The notes: generated from the letters alone by a model not told the origin. Counted from the stretch's first letter, positions 30,360-41,267 are shown. The stretch: 64,000 nt of DNA from Candidatus Poriferihabitaceae bacterium (GCA_965203365.1 OZ241878.1:3598962-3662961), one strand, 5' to 3'. Numbers and translations: made by a program.

Positions 30360-31757
30360 ATGATGAAACCAACGATTTATCTTGCTTGGGCTGTTTCCGC
30401 ATCGCTTGCCTTCAGTGGAGTGGCGCTGGCCCAGAATTACGGCCCATTCCCGGTGACCCTCAAGGGGTATGGCGGTGACAAATCGGATTCCACCGCCTAC
30501 ACCGGGCAGGCGGCCCGTCAGGTACTGCACACGTCTTTAAAGAAACTGGCCGGACAGGGTGATGGCTCCAACGCCTCCGATATCAAGGCGCAGATGATGG
30601 CTTATTTCGCTGGAAAGGATGAAGGTCGCATGATTCTTGCCCCCCGGACTAAGAATGGTTTTGTGATCCAGCAGACCGAAGTCGATCAAATGGCTTCCGG
30701 GGTGGACTTGAAAGGCAAGACCTACCAAGGACTGGTGAATGGTTGGCCCGGAAAGATGACGGCTGCCGAAGTCATCGAGTTCATGATCGGCAAGGCTGCG
30801 TCTGCCAAAGGGGGATTCGATCCGCTGAGCGGCTACGACTATCCACAATTGATTTCAAAATTTGCCATGGGGGCGGTGTTTTATCATCAGGCGGTGGACA
30901 ATTATCTGGATGAAAAGCTGGCTGCGGACAACAAGCCCAATGATCAACCGTATGGCGAGGGCAAACACTACACGGGCAAGGAGCACTCCTGGGATGAGGC
31001 TTTCGGCTATTTCGGTGCGCCGGCCCATGCCCTGAGTTTGAATGCGAAGCAGGCTTATGGGATCGCCAAGATGAAAGAGATGGATGTCGCAGACTACAAT
31101 CAGGATGGCATGGTCGACCTTTATCGGGAAATGACTTTTGCGCATGCGTACTACGCCGCCGATGCGGATAAGAGCGGCACCAATTATTTGCATACCATTG
31201 TGCAGGCTTTCCTGGATGGGCGCCGGCTCATCACGGCCGCCGATGGACAGGTACTGACCGACGATCAGCGTCGCGCCTTGATGGATTATGCCGATGTCAT
31301 CAAGACCAACTGGGAGCAGGTGATTGCAGAAGCGGCCTTCAAATATGCCGGTTCGGTGTACAAGGATCTGCAGAAGTTGCAAGTCATTGTCGAATCAGGA
31401 GGAAACGCCAAGGATACCTTCCGGGATTACGGAAAGCACTGGGGCGAATTGAAAGGGTTCGCCATGGCACTGGAAACCGGTGGCAAGGACCTGGGAGATG
31501 TTGGCGTCAGGATGAATCGACTGATTGGCTATGGTCCGGTGTTGCTGGGAGGCGGTCAGGTGGTGGGGGTCGACGATCAGGGAAACTACCGGATCGGGGG
31601 CAGTCAGGACATGGGGAACTACATGGTTCACATGCTCAAATTGCAGAACCTGTTGGCAGAAGCCTATGACCTCAAGGGCCGGAAAAATGATCTCACGGCC
31701 GAACTGGCCGGTTTGGTCGAATCGCTGGGCGACAGCATGTCGGCCGAGAATGACTGA
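30360..31757 (+). CDS. Secreted periplasmic protein, DUF4856-like (family call from memory only)
   Basis: Signal peptide MMKPTIYLAWAVSASLAFSGVALA/Q. 465 aa. Sits under a strong Fur box. The size and iron-locus context resemble imelysin-associated DUF4856 proteins, but I cannot verify this. Confidence 0.55.
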   Translation: MMKPTIYLAWAVSASLAFSGVALAQNYGPFPVTLKGYGGDKSDSTAYTGQAARQVLHTSLKKLAGQGDGSNASDIKAQMMAYFAGKDEGRMILAPRTKNGFVIQQTEVDQMASGVDLKGKTYQGLVNGWPGKMTAAEVIEFMIGKAASAKGGFDPLSGYDYPQLISKFAMGAVFYHQAVDNYLDEKLAADNKPNDQPYGEGKHYTGKEHSWDEAFGYFGAPAHALSLNAKQAYGIAKMKEMDVADYNQDGMVDLYREMTFAHAYYAADADKSGTNYLHTIVQAFLDGRRLITAADGQVLTDDQRRALMDYADVIKTNWEQVIAEAAFKYAGSVYKDLQKLQVIVESGGNAKDTFRDYGKHWGELKGFAMALETGGKDLGDVGVRMNRLIGYGPVLLGGGQVVGVDDQGNYRIGGSQDMGNYMVHMLKLQNLLAEAYDLKGRKNDLTAELAGLVESLGDSMSAEND

Positions 31758-31780
31758 GGGGCCCGTGATGACATCGCAGG

Positions 31781-32767
31781 ATGCTTGAACAGACTCTCTA
31801 CGGCTGGCTGGCGGACTGGACAGGCCAGTTTCTGGATCCGGGTAAAAGACTGTTTTGGGGGTATCTCGGATCAGCGTTCCTGATGGCGCTATGCTGGATG
31901 ATGCTGGCCGAGCGCCAGTCTCCCGGTACGGTCTGCAGAAAACTGTTCGCGCGGGATCTGTGGTGTTCGGCCAGCGCCCGCGCAGATTATGCCGTGTTTC
32001 TGATCAATACCATCGTTCTGGGCTCGGTGGTCCCGCGATTGCTGGGTCATGCGGCGGTCGCGACCTTTTGCTTTTCTTTGCTGCACCATATCTTCGATGG
32101 GCGGATGAATCTGTTGCCCGGTATGCCGGACTGGTCAATCGCGGTCGGTTTTACTGTTGCCTTGTTCGTGGTCGACGACCTAGCCCGTTATGGCGTGCAC
32201 CGTCTGATGCATGCCATGCCGCTGCTGTGGGCGTTTCACAAGGTCCATCACAGCGCGACTCGCTTGAACCCCCTGACAATTCTTCGCACCCATCCGGTGG
32301 AAGGGATGCTGTTTGCCCTGCGTGGCGCCTTGGTTCAAGGGGGGTGCATCGGGGTCTTCGTGTACGGATTTGGCGACCGCGTGACGCTGGTCATGGTCCT
32401 GGGGGCCAATGCGATCAAGTTTGGATTCAACCTGTTGGGCGCCAATCTGCGCCATAGCGAAGTGCCGATTCGTTACTGGCCTTGGCTGGAGCGAATTTTC
32501 CTGTCCCCCGCACAACACCAGATTCACCATTCCGATCATCCCCGTCATTTTGACCGCAACTTCGGGGTGGCCTTGGCGTGCTGGGATCGTTGGTTTGGCA
32601 CGTTTTGCCACTCCGAGCCAAACCAGTCACTTCGCTATGGATTAGGCCCAACGTCGCCGAATCCCAATTCGCTATATGCCTTGTACCTCCTTCCGTTTCG
32701 GGAAGGGGCAGAGTACTTGTACCAGGTGCTGATCCGCCATGGCAGCCGAAAGTGGCGTATGCCATGA
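31781..32767 (+). CDS. Fatty acid hydroxylase / sterol desaturase superfamily membrane protein
   Basis: N-terminal TM helices plus three histidine boxes: HRLMH, HKVHH and HQIHHSDH. Confidence 0.8.
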   Translation: MLEQTLYGWLADWTGQFLDPGKRLFWGYLGSAFLMALCWMMLAERQSPGTVCRKLFARDLWCSASARADYAVFLINTIVLGSVVPRLLGHAAVATFCFSLLHHIFDGRMNLLPGMPDWSIAVGFTVALFVVDDLARYGVHRLMHAMPLLWAFHKVHHSATRLNPLTILRTHPVEGMLFALRGALVQGGCIGVFVYGFGDRVTLVMVLGANAIKFGFNLLGANLRHSEVPIRYWPWLERIFLSPAQHQIHHSDHPRHFDRNFGVALACWDRWFGTFCHSEPNQSLRYGLGPTSPNPNSLYALYLLPFREGAEYLYQVLIRHGSRKWRMP

Positions 32768-32804
32768 ACAGCATCTGATCACCATTTCCCAGACAATTGA
32801 CACC

Positions 32805-33845
32805 ATGAAACCGACATTTTCGCGCATTTCCCTGACCACGGTGGTATGGATGCTGGTCTCAGCGATGGCCATTCCCCCACCCGTGATGGCCCAGGAAGTG
32901 GTCAATATCTATTCCGCTCGCAAAGAGGCGTTGATCCTTCCCCTATTGCAACGATTCGAAGTGGAAACCGGGATTGGTTTTCGATTGGTGACGGGCAAGG
33001 CAGATGGTTTGTTGAAACGGATTGAAATCGAGGGAGAAGCCACCCCGGCCGATGTCTTTATCACGGTGGATGTTGGTCGGCTGCAACGGGCCAAGACGGC
33101 GGGCATCTTGAAAGCCATCGACAACCCGGTCTTGACCCAAACCATCCCGGCATACCTGCGGGACAAGGATCATCAGTGGTTTGGATTGTCGCGCCGAGCC
33201 CGGGTGATTTTTTTCGCCAAGGATCGGGTCGACCCGACGGAATTGTCGACCTATGAAGCGCTGACAGACGAAAAGTGGCGGGGTCGTCTGTGCATTCGTT
33301 CATCAGGCAATATCTACAACCAATCCCTGGTCGCTTCCATGATTGAACACTTGGGTGAGGAGCGGGCGGAGCAGTGGGCGCGAGGGTTGGTCTCCAATTT
33401 CGCTCGCAAGCCCGGGGGCGGGGATACCGATCAACTGCATGCCATCTCGGCGGGCCAATGCGACCTCACGCTGGTCAATACCTACTATTTCGGGCGCCTA
33501 CTGACCAGCGAAAAAGAAAGAGACCAGCAGACGGCGGAAAAAATCGGCATTTTCTGGCCGAATCAGGACGACCGGGGGGCTCATGTCAACGTCAGCGGGG
33601 CTGGTATCGTGCGCCATGCCAGAAACGAGGCGGCGGCACAGGTTCTGCTGGAGTTTCTGGTGAATCCGGAGTCGCAACAGTGGTATGCCGAGGTGAACCA
33701 TGAATATCCGGTGGTACCCGGAGTACCGATGTCGGATACTCTGCGGCAATTAGGCACATTCCGTGCCGATACCCTTGATCTGACCGTGCTCGGTGAAAAC
33801 AACCGGGCGGCCCTGCAGTTGATGGACCGGGCTGGATGGCGTTGA
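32805..33845 (+). CDS. fbpA: Fe(3+) ABC transporter periplasmic binding protein
   Basis: Start at ATG 32805 (signal MKPTFSRISLTTVVWMLVSAMAIPPPVMA/Q). VNIYSARKEALILPLL, ADVFITVDVGRL and LVNTYYFGRLL are typical of FbpA/AfuA-type proteins. Confidence 0.85.
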   Translation: MKPTFSRISLTTVVWMLVSAMAIPPPVMAQEVVNIYSARKEALILPLLQRFEVETGIGFRLVTGKADGLLKRIEIEGEATPADVFITVDVGRLQRAKTAGILKAIDNPVLTQTIPAYLRDKDHQWFGLSRRARVIFFAKDRVDPTELSTYEALTDEKWRGRLCIRSSGNIYNQSLVASMIEHLGEERAEQWARGLVSNFARKPGGGDTDQLHAISAGQCDLTLVNTYYFGRLLTSEKERDQQTAEKIGIFWPNQDDRGAHVNVSGAGIVRHARNEAAAQVLLEFLVNPESQQWYAEVNHEYPVVPGVPMSDTLRQLGTFRADTLDLTVLGENNRAALQLMDRAGWR

Positions 33846-33989
33846 GTACCTCATTTCGTTTCAGGCATAATCCGACCCGTGGCATCACCGCTGGGCAGTG
33901 CATGGGCAGTATTCAGAATTGATCGGCCGGGTGCGTAGTATGGTCACATTGGTTCGGACAAGATTTCTCCCATAGTTGATAAGGTTCGC

Positions 33990-35678
33990 ATGCTACGTGA
34001 TGCTGCACTCGTGATCAGTGGATTTCGGTTCAACTGGTCGAGGTGGCCAAGCGGCTGGATCGTCATCAGCTTCCTAACCGCGTTGGTGATCTTTGTGCCA
34101 ATTGGTACGATTGGCATCAATCTGTTCACCCCTGGCAGTGAGAATTGGCCGCATCTGGTGGACACCGTTTTGGTGGAGTACATCACCAATTCCCTGTGGC
34201 TGATGCTGGGAGTGACCCTCGGAGCCGGCAGCATTGGAGTGACTACCGCATGGCTCACCAGCATGTATCGCTTTCCCGGGCGCAGTTGGTTGACATGGTT
34301 ATTGTTGCTCCCCTTGGCCATGCCCGCCTATATCATCGCCTATACCTATACTGGCATGCTGGACGTGAGCGGACCCCTCCAAGGATGGATTCGTGATACC
34401 TTCGGTCTGTCGTACGGGGAGTACTGGTTTCCGGAGATTCGGTCCATCGGTGGGGCGATCGTCATGTTTTCCCTGGTGCTGTACCCCTATGTCTATCTGA
34501 TGGCCCGCGCGGCGTTTATTGGCCAATCGATCTGTGTCCTGGAGGTGAGCCGAACACTGGGTTGCAGTGCTTGGCACAGTTTCTCCCAAGTCGCCGTTCC
34601 GTTGGCACGACCCGCCATCGTGGCTGGGCTGTCCTTGGCCCTGATGGAAACTCTGGCGGATTTCGGGACCGTGCAGTATTTCGGGGTGAGCACATTCACT
34701 ACCGGGATTTACCGCACCTGGTTCGGCATGTTCGATGGCGTGGCGGCGGCCCAACTGGCCGCCATCTTGTTGCTTTTCGTGTTTGGCCTCATCCTGCTGG
34801 AACGCGGTTCCCGCCACCGTGCGCACTTCCACCATACGACCAACCGCTACCAACGGTTGCCGGAGATCGGACTTTCCCGGGGATGGGCTGTCCTCGCTTT
34901 CACGGTCTGTCTGCTACCATTGCTGCTTGGCTTTATCCTACCGACTATCCAGTTGGTGATCTGGGCGGTGGAAACCTACGGTGCCATGGTGGATGAGCGG
35001 TTTGTCCAACTGGCATGGCACAGTTTGGTGTTGGCGGGGGGCGCGGCTATCATTGCACTGGTGCCGGCTTTGCTGCTGGGGTATGGCAACCGTATCCACT
35101 CTTCTGGGATCATGCGGTTTTTCACGCGCCTGTCCTCCATGGGGTATGCTATCCCCGGGACAGTGATCGCGGTCGGTATATTGATTCCGTTTGGCGCACT
35201 GGACAACCTAGTGAACGGTTGGACCTTGGCGTTTTTCGATCTCAGTGTGGGGCTCGTATTCAGTGGGACAGTATTCATTTTGTTGTTCGCCTATACGGTC
35301 CGGTTTCTCGCGGTGTCCCTGCAATCCGTCGAGGCAGGACTGGACAAGATCAGACCTTCCATGGATGAAGCCGCTCGGTCTATGGGTAGCAATCGAACCA
35401 CCGTTCTGCGTCAGATTCACTTGCCCATCATGAAAGGGAGCTTGCTGACCGCAGTCGTCATTGTGTTCGTGGATGTCATGAAGGAGTTGCCCGCCACATT
35501 GATTCTGCGTCCGTTTGACTTCAACACCTTGGCCGTTCGCGCCTACGAACTGGCCTCGGACGAACGCTTGGCGGATTCCTCCACCGCGGCACTGGCCATT
35601 GTCTTCGTCGGCATCATTCCAGTCATTTTGCTGAGTGCCGCCATCAGTCGGTCGCGGGCGGGTACTCGGCCCATGTGA
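33990..35678 (+). CDS. fbpB: Fe(3+) ABC transporter permease (duplicated BPD domains)
   Basis: 562-aa polytopic protein with two permease halves (EVSRTLGCSAW... and DEAARSMGSNRTTVLRQIHLP, the EAA-loop motifs). Confidence 0.85.
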   Translation: MLRDAALVISGFRFNWSRWPSGWIVISFLTALVIFVPIGTIGINLFTPGSENWPHLVDTVLVEYITNSLWLMLGVTLGAGSIGVTTAWLTSMYRFPGRSWLTWLLLLPLAMPAYIIAYTYTGMLDVSGPLQGWIRDTFGLSYGEYWFPEIRSIGGAIVMFSLVLYPYVYLMARAAFIGQSICVLEVSRTLGCSAWHSFSQVAVPLARPAIVAGLSLALMETLADFGTVQYFGVSTFTTGIYRTWFGMFDGVAAAQLAAILLLFVFGLILLERGSRHRAHFHHTTNRYQRLPEIGLSRGWAVLAFTVCLLPLLLGFILPTIQLVIWAVETYGAMVDERFVQLAWHSLVLAGGAAIIALVPALLLGYGNRIHSSGIMRFFTRLSSMGYAIPGTVIAVGILIPFGALDNLVNGWTLAFFDLSVGLVFSGTVFILLFAYTVRFLAVSLQSVEAGLDKIRPSMDEAARSMGSNRTTVLRQIHLPIMKGSLLTAVVIVFVDVMKELPATLILRPFDFNTLAVRAYELASDERLADSSTAALAIVFVGIIPVILLSAAISRSRAGTRPM

Positions 35679-35682
35679 ACTG

Positions 35683-36741
35683 ATGCCAAACAGTCATCTC
35701 ATGATCCACGCAGCTAGCGTGGACCTCGGTGGAACCCGGGTGGTCGATAACGTGAGCTTTTCCCTTCAGACCGGCGAGACCGGCGGTTTGTTGGGTCCGA
35801 GCGGCTGTGGCAAGACGACACTGCTTCGTGCCATCGCTGGCTTCGAACAGCCGACCGAAGGACAGATTCGCATTCGGGACCGGGTCGTCTCCGGGACGGG
35901 GCGTCATTTGGCTCCAGAGCGTCGTGGTATCGGCATGGTATTTCAGGACTTGGCATTGTTCCCCCACCTGACGGTCGTCGGTAATGTGGGGTTCGGCATC
36001 CGGCAGATGGGGACAGACCTCATCCGCCGCCGTGTTTTTGAACTGCTGGAGATGGTTGGTCTGGAGAAGTATGCCGACATGTATCCCCATGAACTATCGG
36101 GAGGTCAGCAACAGCGCGTGGCCCTGATTCGTGCCATTGCCCCCGCACCCGACCTGCTGCTGCTGGATGAACCGTTCAGTGGTCAGGACCCGGAGCTCAG
36201 GCAACAGCTGGCTCACGAGTTGCGTGAAGTGTTGCGCCAACAGGGGGTCACCGCCCTGTTAGTGACTCATGATCAACTGGAAGCCTTTGCATTTTCTGAT
36301 CGGGTGGGTGTTCTTCATGGCGGTCGGTTATGCCAGTGGGACTTAGGGTATAACCTGTATCATTGGCCCGCCGACCGGTTTGTGGCCGAGTTTGTCGGAC
36401 GAGGTGTTTTCATCCCCGCCACGGTGCTCGATGAGCATCGACTGCGGACCAGCTTTGGAGTGATCACCGGAAACCTGTCTACCGTCTGGCCCTCCGTTAC
36501 CGAAGTGGATCTATTACTGCGGCCGGATGATATCCATTATGACCCGGAGGGCAGTATCTGCGCCCGGGTGGAGTCGAGTACATTTCGTGGAGCAGATTAT
36601 CTGTATACCCTGGTGTTGCAAGATGGCACCCGAATAATGTGTCTTGCGCCAAGCCATTTCGTCCACCGGCCCGGGGATAGGATTGGCGTTTGCCTGGATT
36701 TGCAGCATCTGGTTGTGTTTCCAAGAGCTCACCCGGCATGA
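35683..36741 (+). CDS. fbpC: Fe(3+) ABC transporter ATP-binding protein
   Basis: Start at ATG 35683, 5 nt after the fbpB stop. Walker A GPSGCGKTT, signature LSGGQQQRVAL, Walker B LLLLDEPFSG. C-terminal TOBE-like tail. Confidence 0.9.
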   Translation: MPNSHLMIHAASVDLGGTRVVDNVSFSLQTGETGGLLGPSGCGKTTLLRAIAGFEQPTEGQIRIRDRVVSGTGRHLAPERRGIGMVFQDLALFPHLTVVGNVGFGIRQMGTDLIRRRVFELLEMVGLEKYADMYPHELSGGQQQRVALIRAIAPAPDLLLLDEPFSGQDPELRQQLAHELREVLRQQGVTALLVTHDQLEAFAFSDRVGVLHGGRLCQWDLGYNLYHWPADRFVAEFVGRGVFIPATVLDEHRLRTSFGVITGNLSTVWPSVTEVDLLLRPDDIHYDPEGSICARVESSTFRGADYLYTLVLQDGTRIMCLAPSHFVHRPGDRIGVCLDLQHLVVFPRAHPA

Positions 36742-37064
36742 TTGATCTGGTTCTGGCCGTCATCAAAGATCGTTTCGCTGTGATGTTGTGGCGGTTGAAG
36801 CCCTGCCGAACCACCCGTGATCAGGCGTCGACCCATCGGCGGTGAATTCGCTTGCTTGGAGAAACGAACTGGCCTGAAGTTCGCCGCCTTGGTGATGAGT
36901 TGTTCCCTCTCATGCCAAGGAATTGATCTGAAAACGAGAATCAGATGCAATCCTATTATCAATATAATTCAATCACTTGCAAACATCATTCGACTTTGTT
37001 AATCTTGTTCAACGTGAAATAACCATGGTCGAGGTAACGCTGGCCAAATGATAGAGAAAGCAAT

Positions 37065-37547
37065 ATGAAAGGGAACGAAACGGTCATCCGGCATCTGAAC
37101 AGGGTTCTGAAAAATGAGCTGACTGCCATCAATCAGTATTTCCTCCATTCCAGGATGTTGAAGGATTGGGGTCTGACAGCTTTGGGTGAGCATGAGTATC
37201 ATGAGTCTATTGATGAAATGAAGCATGCGGATAGTCTGATCCATCGCATTTTATTTTTGGAAGGGCTTCCGAACATGCAGGATTTGGGGAAGCTCATGAT
37301 AGGCCAGGATACCCGGGAGATATTGGAATGTGACCTGAAAATGGAGATGAAGGCACACCCGGACCTGAAAGAGGCGATTGCGGATTGTGAAAAGGTCGAG
37401 GATTACGTTTCACGGGAACTGTTCGAGTCCATTTTGGAATCCGAGGAAGAGCATATCGACTGGCTCGAAACACAACTGGGATTGATCGACCGAGTTGGTT
37501 TGGAAAACTATCAGCAATCGCAAATGTCGTCAGACTCATCCACTTGA
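37065..37547 (+). CDS. bfr: Bacterioferritin
   Basis: [36 protein letters not shown]...[15 protein letters not shown]...[12 protein letters not shown] is near-textbook Bfr, including the heme-ligand Met region. Confidence 0.95.
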   Translation: MKGNETVIRHLNRVLKNELTAINQYFLHSRMLKDWGLTALGEHEYHESIDEMKHADSLIHRILFLEGLPNMQDLGKLMIGQDTREILECDLKMEMKAHPDLKEAIADCEKVEDYVSRELFESILESEEEHIDWLETQLGLIDRVGLENYQQSQMSSDSST

Positions 37548-38011
37548 AGGACGCAGTTCTTAATTCTGCCTCTGCTAACGCCATATGCGATTGGAAAAGT
37601 AGTTTTTTCCGAGATTCCTCCCTGATTCCATAAATTGACTCAAAGTTGACTGTCACAGGAAGAAGATCAAAACCATCGACGTCCCGGTTCCGCTTAATTG
37701 GAACTTAGTACTGGTTTGATCGTCTTTAGATCAAGGCTGATCAGATACGGCGCATCCGCTCCGAAGCATCAGTCGCCATCGACACCCTGTCTTTCGCTGT
37801 GCTTCGCGAGGCATTTGGGGAAGAAGGGCATGCAGTAATGTAGCCAGTGTTAACTGCGTAGTGATCGGTTGTGCTTGGCGAGAGTCATCGAGGCACCTCA
37901 AATCTCGTGTTTCGGTTTTTCGGGCGTTAGAGCAATAACACTTCAATCTGCCATATTTACCGTGACACCGTGTGCGTCGATGAAAAACTTCGCTGGGTCG
38001 GAGTTTGATTT

Positions 38012-39426
38012 ATGTCAGGGGGGTGCATGACGGCAAACCGAATTGCAGCGATGGCCGCGGCGGGCGAATCCGAGACTTTGGAATTCAAAGCCACGACCGG
38101 TGCACGCCGCGAGGCGATGAGGACGGTCTGCGCCATGCTCAACCAGCAGGGCGGTCAGGTGCTGTTCGGTGTTTCGCCGGAGGGCCATGCGACCGGGCAG
38201 CAGGTGAGCGAGCCGACCATCGAGGAACTGAGTGCGGAGACTGCCAGGATCGAGCCACCGGTTTTCCCAACCGTTGAGCGGTTTCGGCTAGCAAATGCTC
38301 GCGAGGTTGTCATCATCTCTGTCAGTTAGGGGGCCACGAAACCCTATCAATACCGAGGCACAGCCTATTGTCGCGTGGGGAACACGACCCGAGCGATGAG
38401 TGTCGATGAGTATAACCGCGTGCTTTTCGAGCGCATGCACAGCGAAAGGCGCTGGGAGAACGAGCCTGCGACCGGATGGTCGATTGAGGACCTGGATGTG
38501 GTGGAAATCCGTAATACCGTCGCCGAAGCGGTGAGGATCGGTCGCCTCAACGAACCCGGCCATCGGGAACCGGAGCATTTACTACGTGGACTTGGGCTGC
38601 TCCGCGATGGTGTTCTGGTCCGAGCGGCGGCTGTTCTGTTTGGCAACACCGAACGGCTCGAGTTCGAGATGCCCCAGTGTCTGCTCCGAGTGGCTCGTTT
38701 CCGGGGAATCGATCGTACCGAGTTCCTCGACAATCGACAGTTCAACGGCAATGCCTTCATGCTTCTCTCCAGCGCGGAGCGCTTTCTGCGCGAAAGCCTT
38801 GCCTATCGCCAGCCGTTTCGAACCAGGCCAGATTCAGCGCATCGACGAACCACTGTACCCGCCCTTGTCAACACGAGAAGCGCTAGCGAATGCCCTATGC
38901 CCATCGCGACTACTCGATCGGAGGCGGTTCCGTCGGTCTGGCAGTTTACGACGACCGCTTGGAAGTGACGTCGACGGGGAGCCTGCATTTCGGACTGACC
39001 CCCGAGAAACTTTTTGAACAGCATGAGTCAAAACCTTGGAACCCGCTGATCGCCCGTACGTTCTATCGACGAGGACTCATCGAGGAATGGGGCCGCGGTA
39101 CGCTCAAGATGGCGGAACTGGCGATTTCTGCAGGCCTGCCGCTTCCCGAAATTGAAGATGTCGGCGATTGTGTCACTGTACGATTCCACCTAGGCGGGTT
39201 CAAGCCGACCCTGCGTAACGGATTTCATGTGACCCGACGACAAAGAGCGATTCTTACCCTGCTATATCAGGAAGATGGATTGTCGCTAGGCGAAATTCAT
39301 TCACAATTGCCTTTGGACACAACTGTACGTCAGGTGAGAAGAGCACTGACGGGTTTAAGAGAACGCGGACTGGCCGCTTCCACCGGGCGCGGGCGTGCCG
39401 CGCGGTGGAAGCTGTTAAGAGAATAG
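38012..39426 (+). pseudogene. AlbA_2/HATPase_c_4/wHTH (COG2865-type) gene, disrupted
   Basis: Three pieces. 38012..38329 (ESETLEFKATTG...LNQQGGQVLFGV) ends in a stop. 38375..38968 is the middle piece. 38890..39426 (HRDYSIGGGSVGLAVYDDRLEVTSTG...wHTH RQRAILTLL..GLSLGEI) is in another frame. That is one nonsense change and at least one frameshift. Confidence 0.8.
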
Positions 39427-39445
39427 CAAAAGTAATCCTACCCAT

Positions 39446-39487
39446 GGGGTCTAATAGGGGCCTAATAGGGGCCTAATAGGGGTCAAT
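39446..39487. repeat. 11-bp tandem repeat GGGG(T/C)CTAATA x3 plus a partial unit
   Basis: Units start at 39446, 39457 and 39468, with a partial unit at 39479. Lies 20 nt after the pseudogene stop. Confidence 0.6.
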
Positions 39488-39514
39488 TGGAGAGGCAGGC
39501 AATGACGGTTCACC

Positions 39515-39896
39515 AATCGTTGTGTTCGCGGAGTGTCCGTGGTACCTCGAATTCCTTTGTTTCTTCAGCCGCTACGAAGCAACCATTGCTTGGCCGTCAC
39601 GATCATGAACACCGCTATCGATACCAGGGTAGTTGGCACATAATCCGGTGATGAGTGGCAAATCGTCATTCAGCCAGTGTGGCAGCTGATGCCAAATCCA
39701 TGCGATTGGGCGACTTTTCGTCCCCCGTTCCACTCCGAAGTACAACACCTGGTCGAGTCGCATGATCGTCTGATGTCGAGCGGGCGGCGGCATGCTACAA
39801 TTTTTACCACACTTATGATCAACGGACGGTGACCTTGGATCCTGCCATCGGAAAAGTCATTGTGGGATCATGTTGAGTTGAAAACGGCGATCAAAC
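39515..39896. repeat. Copy A of a dispersed repeat shared with 48487..48693 and 50168..50227
   Basis: 39515..39723 aligns by eye (about 80%) with 48487..48693. GGCATGCTACAAT (39788) and GTGGGATCATGTTGAGTT.AA.AACGG (39862) recur at 50168 and 50193. The region includes the 73-aa minus ORF 39572..39793. Confidence 0.7.
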
Positions 39897-39968
39897 AAAA
39901 GAGATTGAAAAGTCTGCGAAAAGATTTTTTTAGGGTCCCCTGAACCCCCCAGATTGACTGGCTTCCTG

Positions 39969-41267
39969 CCCCACTTCCAGTCTGAAGTGCCACACTCGCC
40001 CCGCTCCCGGCATGAGGGCATCCCCCGAAGGAAGGGAGCGGGGCGGCGACCGGACCATTCAGCCCTCCCAAGGGCTGAAAGGGCCCGCTCGGGCCGTGTC
40101 AGACGGGTTTTGGTCGAGCGGGGCCCTGCCCGTCGAATGCGGGCTTCTGGAAAGGCAGGGGAGAGGAGTGGAATGACCGCCTTCAGGGCGGGGCGGCAGC
40201 GGTGAAGACCTCTTCCGGTGTTCGAACCCCCAGCACCTTCCGGGGCCGGCGGTTGATCCGCTCTTCCACCGCCCGAACCTGGGCCAGCGTCACCTGACGG
40301 AAGTCGGTCCCCTTCGGGAAATACTGGCGGATCAGGCCGTTGGTATGTTCGTTCAGACCCCGCTCCCAGGAGTGGTCAGGAGTGGCAAAATCCAAGTCGG
40401 CCCCAAGGGCCTTGGCGATCTCTCGGTGCCCCGCAAACTCCTTGCCATTGTCCGCCGTGCAGGTATGCACCCAGTCCCGAATCGGGGCCATCCGCCGGAC
40501 AATGGCCTCGGTCACGGCCGCCGCGGTCTTCCCTTCCACCCCGATCAGCACCAGATACTTCGAGGCCCGATCTACCAAGGAAATCAAGGCCCCTTGGTGC
40601 TTCACCCCGATGATCAAGTCAAGCTCCCAGTCCCCGATCCGGCCCTTGGCCTCCACGATCAACGGGCGCTCGGCGATGTCTACCCGACCGGGAATCTGAC
40701 CGCGTCCTGCAGGTCGCCCACCCCGCCAGTTGGGCTGCTTCCCGCGGCGCCGCAGGCACCGGTAAAGGTCTCCCCCCGCCTGTCGGTCCGCTCTCATAGA
40801 TTGGTAGATCCATTCCCGCCCGGCCATCACCTCTCCTTGCTGCTGAAACCGGCCCGAGACCTGCTCCGGGCTCCAGCCTGCCCGCAACCACTCCTCCGCC
40901 ATTGCCCAGCGCTCGGGGGTCATCTTCCAGGGCACAGCCGAGGCTGCCCGGCGCTGGCTCGTCGCCTTCCCCTAGGCGGGCTGAGGTCGATCCCCGCGCT
41001 ACCCGCGATGGTAGGACAGCTCCCGGGAAATCGGGCTGACGTCCCGCCCGAGGTGCGCGGCCATCGGTCGCTGGGATCGACCGGTAGACTGGAGCGCGGA
41101 AATGGGCGATCTTTCCGGGTGGGTCAGGGGGCGGTAGCCAGTCGGCATGACCCTTCTCCAGTTGTTCGCACACTGAGATTGTCTGCCATCCTCTGGCCCG
41201 CTGCCATCCGCCTAACTCAATCAATCAGGCGACGGGGCTAAGTGTTGCACTTCAGAGTGGCACGGGG
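39969..41267 (-). mobile_element. IS30-family insertion sequence, copy 2 (inactive)
   Basis: Same terminal repeats as copies 1 and 3. Shorter than copy 3 through small internal deletions. No matching flanking duplication (CTG vs TTG). Confidence 0.8.
40183..41148 (-). pseudogene. IS30-family transposase with two in-frame stop codons
   Basis: The catalytic part (40183..40935) is intact in one frame. The N-terminal HTH region reads ...SYHRG*RGDRPQPA*GKATS (two TAG codons near 40960-41000). Confidence 0.8.

Noticed and set aside
36930-36990. Fur box upstream of bfr (AATCCTATTATCAATATAATTC)
   Set aside because: The best alignment to the 19-bp consensus gave only about 9 of 19 matches. The region is AT-rich but not convincingly a Fur site.
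39446-39487. Possible CRISPR-like or other array, from the short tandem repeats here and at 19945..19980
   Set aside because: The units are only 9-11 bp, directly abutting with no spacers, with 3-4 copies and no cas genes in the window.
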